From NCBI GenBank assembly GCA_000320545.1, contig ADNK01002685.1, positions 1 to 32,759 of the forward strand: a DNA stretch of 32,759 nt, given 5' to 3'. Positions 11,659 through 21,595 of the stretch are shown here, in pieces. The notes beneath the pieces are model-generated. The model was given only the letters and a program-made list of their open reading frames with translations. It was not told the origin of the DNA and made no database searches. The stretch is from Bigelowiella natans CCMP2755. Taxonomy: Eukaryota; Protista; Cercozoa. A program made the position numbers and the translations under genes. Positions within the stretch are counted from its first letter, which is position 1, and every line of letters starts with the position of its first letter.

Positions 11659-12967
11659 TTACTGCTGATAATGATGCATATCTTGTTGTGGGACTTGCGG
11701 CACAGGTGGTACTGGAGGAATATCAGTTGCCTGATACTGCGGGGTAGGGTGGGCAAAGTATTTGGGGAGAAATTAATCATAATGATAGTCTATTTTTTTG
11801 ATACTGTTAAGTTGGCTACAAAATACAAACCTGATGGTGCTGCATTTCTTGCTGTTCGTAATCTAGTTCAGTTCTCTGTCTCTTTTGGGGAGGTCCTAGT
11901 TTATAGGTGGGGAAGCATTTGTTCAGTGCTGGGATTCCAAATTCTAATCGTCAGATAGAAGTACCTCCTTGAGGGATCACGCCCTCCTGAGCTGCGAGCT
12001 CGGCATAAAGTCTTTCACTTCGAATACGGTATGGACCTCGAGATTTCCCCTTTTAACCATAAAAATGAGAATACTACGCAATTTTCTAAGATATTAAATG
12101 GTTACTTTGTCTTTTCTTGTCTTGCGAGGTCGGCGAACTCCCATGATCGGGGCCTAATTAATGAGATGTAAATATATTTTTGGTCGACCTCTATCACTAT
12201 GATTTCCAAATGTTATATGCAAGTTGATTACCGATCCAGTAGTAGGCTGTGTCTGCCCTCCAGCACTAACGATCATTCGATAAATAGCACAAGTCAGATA
12301 ACAAGTTTAAAAAAAAAAAATCGTGTGACATTCTACCCTTGAAAGGCCATTTGCTGCAGCATGGGCATAGCACTTTGTAGCTGAGCAGCCATTCGCTGGA
12401 AGTATGCCCATTGGCTCATCGGATTGACTGTTGGGACAGCGACTCTAAAAGGTGTTCCTGGCTTCGCTCCCTCAGGAACTGTTACCTGGATTTCATTAAC
12501 AGTAATCAAATATTTGTTTTTTTTGCCGACCAAAGAATCCATCTCTCCACCCGATATCCTACAACCTGGTAGTAGACGCCGTTTGGAGCAGCGAACGTAA
12601 CCTTCTGGCCGGGCTTCGCATCAGCGGGGACATGGAGGAGCATGTGTTGGACACTCCCATTCTCCTTTGTATCGCCACCCGGTGTCTGCAACTGTTGCTG
12701 AGTTTGATCTTGTGGTTGCTCTGGAGGTGCATAAGGAGCTAGGGCCTGATCTTGCAAATGCTGCGGATCCTGCAACTGTTGCTGCTCGTGCTGAAGCTGC
12801 TGATCATGCTGGAGCTGCTGCTCGTGCTGCAGCTGTTGCTGTAATTGTTGCTGCTGTAACTGTTGCTGCTGTATTTGCTGCTGTTGTAGCTGCTGCTGCT
12901 CCATTTGTTGCTGCTCTAATTGTTGCTGTTCTTGCATTTGTTGCTCCTGCAATTGTTGTTGATCCAT
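11659..12967 (-). CDS. Glutamine-rich putative nuclear protein (poly-Q N-terminus, two VPxxAKPG repeats, basic RKTRKDKGKSRGPY motif, PPQKRQR NLS-like), 7 exons
   Basis: Fully phase-consistent GT-AG model: MDQQQLQEQQ...HVPADAKPGQKVTFAAPNGVYYQ | VTVPEGAKPGTPFRVAVP...MAFQ | GAGGQTQPTTGS | APIMGVRRPRKTRKDK | GKSRGPYRIRSERLYAELAAQEGVIPQG | GPPQKRQRTELDY...HHQ | YQATDIPPVPP...HHYQQ* (TAA at 11659-11661). Confidence 0.85.
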
Positions 12968-14202
12968 ATTTTCTATCTGAGTACTTGGTCCCTTAGTTTC
13001 GGAAGAATAAAGGAGCCCTGATGCTAAGATTAAACCTGATTACAGTTCCACAAATGTATTATTATCAGTACTGCACGAACAAATATCTGTTTTTTTATGT
13101 TTACTTGCACAAATAATCTTAAAAAAATCCACACTGCTCAACCTATATCTATTAGTCTATCTCTTGGGTTCCAAATACAATCGCTGCATCGACCCACCCC
13201 TCCGCTATCCGGAAAGACGGCAGGAAAAGGGGGAGGAAAGCGCGGGGGAAGAATGCAATAAGGACAAATTGAAAGGACTTCTCAAGTTATTTCATAGGGG
13301 GGGGTAATCTAAACTATGCTAAAACCACTGGATTTAGAACAAGACAAGATAATACGTGGGAAAGGGGGCGGGACTCTGGGCAACAACCTCTCTTCCTAAA
13401 CTTGGGCTTTTGGCTCCAAACTGATTCAAATCGATCTGTCGACAAATCAGCTTTCAGGTCTTCTCTTCGACACTGCTAATTCTTGCCCATGTCCAAACTA
13501 TGTACGCAAACAAATTAGTGACGACAATGAAAAAGGTTCCTGATGCTTGTTAAATGCGCCCTCTTTTCTGTTCTACAATTCCCATTTGCTGTGCGAGGAG
13601 CCGATTTATTTCAAAATATTAATTTAATTAAATTATTTTACCTTATTGCAGTATTATTTTTCATTTTTTAGGGATCATTTGAAGTCATTCCGGTCTGAAT
13701 TCGTAAAAGATTTACCCGGCATTTACATTGGATTTATCCCTGAGATATCAACTATAGCTTAAAATGCTATCCTTTTTGAGGATTTTGCTGTACTCGGAGT
13801 TCGGGTTTGGCTGTGTTAGTACCGAGGATTGCCATTTTCTACAGAATTATGCGAGAGACATGAAAGAGACATGTCATCCAAACCTCTCAAACAAGTCTAA
13901 AATATCTAGAGTAATAGTCGATTAAAAAAATAGAAAATCTTTCCTTTCTCCAACACAAAGCGACTGCAATAGAAATACGACTGAGATAGTCTTGCCCGTT
14001 AAATACTTGTATCAGATGTTAATTTTTTTTCTTTTTTTTTTTCCTGGTATGAATGTAGGACCAAAATGACTCATATCTCCCATTAGACATGTCGTTTATG
14101 CATTTAAAATGTATTCACATGGACCGATTAATAAATATTAGAAATTAAAAAGTGAAAGAACTCCCAGACCCGTAGAAATGTTTCGAGCCATCAAAAATAA
14201 AC

Positions 14203-14557
14203 GCGGCCGAGAAATTCGTTTCTCTCTCACGATTTTTTCGTGCCTCAGAGGAAGCGAAATATTTTAGTTAAATTCAACAAATTATTAATTTTATTTTTTA
14301 GCGAACTATAAAAGTTTTCAAAATGTTTGGTAACCGCGCTTTTAATTTGCCGTATTAATTCCCCGCCCGCGAAAATACTGTCATACTCTTTTTTTGACTT
14401 TTGTGTAATCTATAGTACCTTTTTTTCATCATTATTATCCCACTAAGCATCCCAATATATATAAATATAATGATATTTTTTACATTAATAGCAATATTAT
14501 CAACTTTTAATATCTTGATTTAGGGGAGGAAAATCTACCCACGTATTTCTCGGCCGC
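14203..14557. promoter_or_regulatory. AT-rich divergent intergenic core bracketed by a perfect 13-bp inverted repeat; contains GC-box and E2F-like words
   Basis: GCGGCCGAGAAAT (14203-14215) and ATTTCTCGGCCGC (14545-14557). CCCCGCCCGCGAAAA at 14361-14375 reads TTTCGCGG on the reverse strand, which is E2F-like. Lies between divergent starts at 12967 and 15061. Confidence 0.4.
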
Positions 14558-15060
14558 TAAATTTCGTTATGCGACGTTTTAAAGTACCCCCTTAATTTAT
14601 CGCCTTGTTCCCGCCCATGAATGTGTATGACGACAACATACGATTTCAGGGCGCACGGGTATAATGAATATTGTTAAAATCCCCAGCGCGTTTCAGTAAA
14701 ACGTCAAAAGTCATCGACTCATTGATATAAAAATAACCATGATATCGGCTTAAGATATAATTGACAGAATTTATTTGAGTATTTGGAGAAACATAAACTA
14801 GCATGTCTAAACGACATGCAATATTTATTGACGTAGTATCTGAGTCATTTGAACGATTAGACGCACGAATACGAGTACGCCCCGGCAGGTCAGTACCACG
14901 CTTTTCAAGATTATTATTCGATCGTAAGTCCCCCCCCCCCTTCATTCTCTCCTTCTGTGTATACTGCCGAACATTGACGTTTTAAATGTGTGCTCTCTGG
15001 TGGTTGCGCCTGTGTTTCGAAGTTGGTGGAAGAAATTGGACGCGACGACGTGTGAGTCGA

Positions 15061-16257
15061 ATGGCATTTCAGAGAGGCGGTTGGACGACGTGCTCAGCCG
15101 TCGTCGCTTTATTCCTCCTCCTCACCCATGTCACCGTTGATCTGACATCATTATCCTCCAGGTACAACGATTGAATGTGAGCTTGATAATATTATTCCAC
15201 TAATTCCCTTTCTACTTGGAGGAGGGGGCTATCGCTACGCCGCTGTGCAGCATCGTCATCATCGACGTTGCCGTCAGTTTCTTCCCCGCGTCCAACTCGG
15301 AGAAACATACTGGGGAAAGGAGTAGCCTTGGGAATTACTGCAGCTTCTCTACCAATATTTGGTGCGCTTTTAACTCTATGCCGTAGCCAATCATGGTCAT
15401 ATTGCGTGCTGCTGCTTTAAGGGTTGTTTGGTGTTATTGGTAGACACCAGCAAAGCTATCTGTGGCCGCAACGAATTTTGGGAATTTAATGTAATAATCA
15501 CTTCGGCAGTATACCATTTGAACATCGAAGCACGTGTGAGTTTATTTTACGTGCAAGCAAATTATGTAAATGACGACACTACTGGACCGCAGCCTGCAAC
15601 TTTACCCATCCTGGCGCCACACAACACAACTCATAGATTCAACGTTTGATTTCCAGGCTGCCTGGGATGAAAAATCATACAAAGTCTCCAGCCGCGGAGA
15701 AACAGACCGGTCGTGACTAGCATAGACGTTTGTAGTGGAATTATTCAGATGATGTAGAAGAAACTAATGGCGTCTCAACTTTTGATTTCGTCGGTCTGCG
15801 GTCTTCTATTATCTAATAGTCTATCCTCCTACCGTGTCGTTGGATCGAGGGAGAAGGTGATAGCTGGGCGAGGAGGGGGGTGAAAATTGATATTGTTACT
15901 GACATTAGGACAAATAGAAGTCGCCATGGTCACCTTCCTCCTCTTTTCCATCATTACCATGATTACTACCACCACCAACACCACTATAGCCATCATCATC
16001 AGAAGCAACAAAAACAACAAGAATACGTTCATTTGTAGCCATCACCATTATCACTCTGGTGTGTTTTGTAGGGCAATCGTTCGCCGTTGGTTGTGAACGT
16101 TCCCTACGGTACTCATTTGTTTATACCTACCATCTGCTGCCTACACGTGTTCCTAATAACTTCATAATATTAGTTTTTATCCCTATGCGACACACACTGA
16201 GACACACTGACACTGACACACTGACACTGACACACACACACACACACACACATATAT

Positions 16258-16291
<34 letters not shown>

Positions 16292-16328
16292 GTATAGAGA
16301 GAGAGAGGGGGGGGGGGGGGGGGGAGTT

Positions 16329-16378
<50 letters not shown>

Positions 16379-17903
16379 TGTAAACGTGTGTGTGTGATTT
16401 TGGTGATTATTAAAGGGCGCGACCAACGCGAATTGGCGCTTCTGGAGGCTGCCTCTCTGTCAAGCCGACGCGTGGTATTCTACCAGCCATCCCCGATCAC
16501 CGGTCAACTAACTTCGCAGAATAATCATCATCATTTCAAGAAACGATGCCTCATTACGTCGTAGAAAGCAGAGTTCGTCTCCAGCGCGAAAAGCCGTTCT
16601 TTTGTGATGTTGCGCATGGCGGTGTAGCTAGCCCTACGCACGCTGTGCATCGACGGACAATCTTAAAAAAACTGGCAATATTGATCGTTTCATATAACAA
16701 ATATTCATAGGAGGAGACGTCAGCAAACAGGCAGAGGACCTTCAAGGTCGCGTCCAAAGGATATGATTATGCACATTCCCATTACGAGGGGGAGGAGGGA
16801 GGGGAGAGGGAGGCAAAACTTAATTGTTTGGTTTTGGTGTAGCAGCATAGATTGAAATTCGTGTAGCATGTTGGAACTACAGCGAGTAATTACTCGCAAT
16901 TAATACTTGTTACTCCTACTATGCGTGCACGCGTGACGTTGGTACTTCGTGGCTGGCCACCTGTATATCACACTACTTAGCATTGGCACAGAAGCTCAAG
17001 CTCAAGCGAGTGCATCTGATGGGAGATATGCAAACATTGCCTCCTCTCACGCAAGCAATGGTGAAGATGCAGCAGCAGCAGAACGATGGCTCAAATGCGG
17101 GGGTCAGTGGCAGAGTTGGAGGTAAAAATGCAGTGGTATCCTGAGATTTGTTAATAATCACTTCGGCAGTATACCATTTGAACATCGAAGCACGTGTGAG
17201 TTTATTTTACGTCCAAGCAAATTAAGTAGTAATCGAGAGCTGAAATCCTGACTCTGACTGGTCCGTATTGATATACTGTAAATAACCGGAGGAAATCGCT
17301 GAAAGTTGTCGTTATTACTACAGTGATAATAGAATCGGCTATGGGCTGGGGAGACTCCCGTGATCCTCCGGAAATAGCCGATGGATTTCCTAGCAAGCCT
17401 GATGATGATAGCGCACCGCTGCTGCCTGTGTTGAGTGTCGGCTTTCCAGCTGCTCAATGCGACGACGATGAGACTGTGAGAGAGAGGTGCGAAAGGGTTC
17501 TTCGATGATTGTGATGATGTGATGATGATGCATTATGAGGAGGAGTTAGACAACGGTAAACAAGGGTTGTTTTTCAAGAGATACTGCGAAAATGTACTTC
17601 ATTTTAAATTTAGAATGGATAGGCTGCTTGCATGTCTCCCCCCCCCCCCCCTACACCCCTCCCTAACTAATAGCTTGCTAGATAGCTCAGCTGCTTTAAT
17701 ATTCCATTAATTTCGCGGTGCTAGTTTCTACTACCAGCAAGTAATTCGACTGCCACTACAACCATTGACAATACTGTTTCAAATTTCACAAAATTGAATG
17801 TAGGTACATAGAGCGGATATTTGAATTCATAGACCATCTCGACGGTGTCACGGATGTTCCAGCGGGACGCCAGCAATACAAAGCCAGTAGAGGCCTCGAA
17901 TGA
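15061..17903 (+). CDS. Thylakoid-lumen-targeted alpha/beta-hydrolase-fold (proline iminopeptidase-like) protein, probably catalytically degenerate
   Basis: Tripartite leader: signal peptide (CSAVVALFLLLTHVTV), Ser/Arg transit peptide (RRGLSLRRCAASSSS), and twin-arginine signal (PTRRNILGKGVALGITAASLPIF...SKA). Mature exons: ICGRNEFWEFN, SYRVVGSREK, GNRSPLVVNVPYG, LALLEAASLSSRRVVFYQP, QAEDLQALAQKLKLKRVHLMGD, LPVLSVG, YIERIFEFIDHLDGV...GLE* (TGA at 17901-17903). Confidence 0.7.
15492..15564 (+). repeat. 73-bp direct repeat, copy 1 (at an intron donor)
   Basis: TAATAATCACTTCGGCAGTATACCATTTGAACATCGAAGCACGTGTGAGTTTATTTTACGTGCAAGCAAATTA; one mismatch versus copy 2. Confidence 0.95.
17152..17224 (+). 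repeat. 73-bp direct repeat, copy 2 (inside a later intron of the same gene)
   Basis: Identical to 15492-15564 except for one G/C substitution; 1660 bp downstream. Confidence 0.95.
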
Positions 17904-17949
17904 TGACGGCCTGATGAATGTGATTTACGGTGCAAAAGACGTCTTTTGG

Positions 17950-18480
17950 TAAGACTGGAGATGATATTTGCTCGATCAATAACTGTCTCGGCATTAGGCG
18001 CGCGCTACAAGTGCAATGGCCAGCACAGCTCATGTTGCTTGCGCACGCACGCACTGCTGCTTGTTCAAGTTGCTTGCACTGCTGCATGGCACATCTGCAT
18101 GGTAGACATAGCTAAGCTCACATAGTTTGTGCTACGCATCACCATTTCATGCACCTCTTGTCACAATGCATGATGTCGCATTGGCTCACATGACGTAAGT
18201 CGCATTGTAGGCACAAGAAGCACAACACAGCATGCATTCTCACATCGCAGCAAATGAGAATGCGCGACAAGCCGTACATGAAGATTTGAACGCAGCACAC
18301 ATGTGTCGATCTATTAGCACAGCTCAAGGACACAAACGGGCATGCATTGACTAAGCGCTACAAATGAGCATCATGGCTAGGACTAGAGGATGCTATATGT
18401 TATGTTGTCTGCTGGCTAGCCGTGCGTGACGACTGCTCTCACGCTTACACAGCGCAATGATGATGACGCATCTCATCGTG
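17950..18480. other. Purine/pyrimidine-alternating island 2 (CpG-decay-like)
   Basis: Dense TGCA/CATG/GCAC/CTAG words between convergent stop codons at 17903 (+) and 18593 (-). Confidence 0.7.
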
Positions 18481-18592
18481 CTAATTGACTTCTTTGTATT
18501 TTATTTTGGTCGTTCTTCGTCTTTTTTTAATAATTTTATCATCATTGCTGTGGCTATAGGTAGCCAGTTGATTAAATTTCCGGGGAACCTTT

Positions 18593-19546
18593 TCATTTCG
18601 TATTTGCTGCAACCTCTGCGCAGCTTTCGTCAATCACAAGTTCTCCATCGATAAAACATGTGAACTCGGCACGAAGTGCCAAAGCTTTCGAAAGATCATA
18701 GCATTGCTGCAAGGCTTTGTAGTCTTGCAAATAAAGGGTATCGAGCCTGTCAACGTAGAACAAGATTGACTTTCTACACTCGCGCCCAAACAAAAATTGC
18801 GTGCTAGCCAACACACCACAGAAATGAAATAACAACACTCTACCTATTAGTTTATTGCATTAAATATTGTTCTGCTCAAGGATGGCATGCATTATTCACA
18901 ACAACCTATTGCAAGCGACGTAGTTTTTCCGGACCAGGACGACTGGGAAGAGCGCGAACGAGTCATCATACTCAACCGAACTACTGGCGATAGCTTTGTC
19001 GTAAAACGGCCCCCACCTTCGCAAAGACACGCGGCAGCAAAAGCAGTGTACGAATGATTACAATAGAAGATGCCTGCATTTCTCTGCTCTGTATTCCATT
19101 TGTTTTATCCGCTCGTAAAATCTCGCTGTGCAGGTGCGACAACTCACCCCCAACAGCACAGCTCATCCTCACAGTTTTCCCAACGAGTGAGCATCTCGAA
19201 GTATCTAACCAATGAAAGCACAGCAGCAGCGCACCCATTACATTTGTCGTGATTTGGCCGACTAGCATGTGCAGAAACCGGCATTATTACTCGTCGCAGG
19301 AAGGTCGCGCACAGGCTGCAGCCCAGTCGTTCATGTTTTGCTGCCTGATAAAGCTGGAAGGTGGCGTGATGAAGTAGGATTTCCCACTTCCCCATCCTTG
19401 ACGTACAGCGCTTTCTAGCTCACTCACGTCCGCACGCTAAGAATTATAACGTTCAAAGATTTACATCGCAATGTGAGCACAATTCTTTATTTGTGGTTCT
19501 GTGTCGTAGCCATTGCAGGACAGAAAACACCGTTGTTTGTAGGCAC

Positions 19547-19579
<33 letters not shown>

Positions 19580-20203
19580 CATCAACCCTAAGAAAAGCAA
19601 AGTCCGGCCGCACACGTATAACAGCGTCAAACTGCCACCCAGATTCATCCTCAAAATGTTTCATTTCCCTGAAACACAAGATGGAATAGCTCAGCAAGAA
19701 ATCATGGCGGTATCAATAGCCTCTTGCTTTCTTGCTTTCTTAAGAATCTTGATGTGCACGTTACGGCTATTCTTTCATCTCCAAACTAATACTAAGACAT
19801 GTTAATTCATCATTGCCTGACATCATCGGCTATCATCATTGCCGTCAGATTACCTATACGATTCACGTACACGCCACCAGGTTCCCCAAAACCTATCCAG
19901 CTGATCGAGATGATGCACCTTTGTCTATACGATCGTTCCCGTGCGTGGGCAAGTATGCAATTCCCCCAACCAAATATTAAACACGCAAATAATTAAAAAG
20001 CGAATGCGAGGGAGCTGGGGAGAGTTCATCAGTTAAAGGTTAGTTCCGTATTCTTTGTGTTTACATTCTCATAGCCATCGCATCGTGTGTAGTTTCTGGG
20101 ATAAGGCGGGGGATTCTTCAAAGATACACGGGTTTCCAAGTGCCATTCATCCTTTAACCAGTGCTCAATATCGGCTGCTGTTGTGTATCTACTCCAACAC
20201 ACA

Positions 20204-20248
<45 letters not shown>

Positions 20249-21422
20249 ACACACACACACACGCGCGCACACGCACACACGCACACGCACGCACGCACGC
20301 ACGTAAATGAGAGTGTCGTGATGATGACGACGATGACGATGATGACCCCCAGCTCGTGTGTGCATGTTTATATTCGTCTTCCCCCATGTCGATATTATCT
20401 ATCCATACGCTTATATTTACGTGTTGAATTTGGCGCGGCGTTTGGGCTGACGATCGCCCTCGCCTCCCACGAAGAACGCAAATATGTGAAAGCCAGCCTG
20501 GCGCAGAGGCATCAAGAAGTGCCGAACGTGTGTCTCTCGCACATTCTCATCCTGGAATGCGCGCGTAAACCCAGAGTACAGAATTGCGACTGTGAGCTTT
20601 GAACTTGGACGATTTCGGGTTGTCTGCTTGCCCTTCTCGCCATTGTGTTCTTTGTTTTCTTCAGATTTCTCCTTGATTTCCTGCACTATCCGCTCACGCG
20701 CGTGCAGAGAAGCTAGCTTCCAGGAATCCTCGTGCTTGATAGTATGCACAGTGTGTTCCTGGACCTGATCTTTTGCCTCCTGGGAAATATCAGCGTCTAA
20801 TCTTGATCTATAATCTCAATTTGTCCGGGGATGCGAGTATTAACGACGTGTGACCTTCTGCTGCGAGGTAGTTCCGACGTCGCCGCTGTGAAGGTACGCC
20901 ATTCCGCTGCTCCAACCTTCACCCAATGTGAGCGCACCCAAGCCTTCATGGCCCTCCTAGGTTTAATCGAGGCTCAGTACTGGTAGCGGACGAGAACTTG
21001 ATTACAAACGAATAACAAGCTTGAGAGTCAGAAGTGAATAATTAATCATAGGAGCAAAAGCGGGGAAAGGGGGGCGATGAAGGATGAAACCCTGAGTAGG
21101 ACGATCCAGGCCGATAGCCCAAAGCTGAAAAGCGTCACAGCTCCAACCACGAGTACAAGGCATCTCATCATGTGCTGAAATCCACATCATCATAGTCAAA
21201 ATAAGAGCAGTCGGGAGGAGGGACGATGGGGTGCATGGTTGTCGCTCGTTTCTCATCTTGGAAACTGACTTTGTAGCGGCTCTTCACACGCTTGGCTGCT
21301 GCCTTCCCCGCCATTCTCCGTTTCTGCTTCATTCCATTCTGCCACCTCTGGACCTGGGACATGCATTCATTCTGATCAAATCGGATTTGATCCGATTCAT
21401 GCAGACTGACTGCATTGTTCAT
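18593..21422 (-). CDS. Type II membrane putative glycosyltransferase with 'VAILYSGFTR' and 'FDAVIRVRPD' motifs, about 12 exons
   Basis: Basic N-terminal tail, transmembrane anchor (CLVLVVGAVTLFSFGLSAWIVLL) and stem, then KLTVAILYSGFTRAF...HIFAFF, WWRVRESYREMKHFEDESGWQFDAVIRVRPDFAFLR, QQNMNDWAAAC, FPVVLVRKNYVACNRL...ANTK*. Most junctions are phase-consistent GT-AG; one small exon after RPDFAFLR was not resolved. Confidence 0.75.
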
Positions 21423-21436
21423 GTTTTTCACATTTC

Positions 21437-21538
21437 AAGGGAAAACTACAGGCGCGACAACACTTTTATGCGATCAAAATGCTGTAAAAGGGAAAACTAC
21501 AGGCGCGACAACACTTTTATGCGATCAAAATGCTGTAA
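21437..21538. repeat. Perfect 2 x 51-bp tandem duplication in the bidirectional promoter
   Basis: AAGGGAAAACTACAGGCGCGACAACACTTTTATGCGATCAAAATGCTGTAA at 21437-21487 and 21488-21538. Confidence 0.97.
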
Positions 21539-21595
21539 AATTATTTAAATTTCAAATCTAGCTTCGGTGAAGAGTTGGTTAGATTAAGGGGGGGC

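Noticed and set aside
12667-12996. Ala/Val-rich plus-strand ORF resembling a membrane protein
   Set aside because: Antisense shadow of the CAG/CAA poly-Q exon.
15500-15530. U6 snRNA-like start (CTTCGGCAG)
   Set aside because: No ACAGAGA box or AGC triad region follows; the match is only 9 nt.
15565-17151. LTR- or direct-repeat-bounded mobile element between the 73-bp repeats
   Set aside because: The interval contains host exons of the lumen protein, with no TG..CA ends, primer-binding site or transposase/RT coding.
21437-21538. CRISPR-like repeat
   Set aside because: Two adjacent 51-bp copies with no spacer, eukaryotic context, no cas genes.
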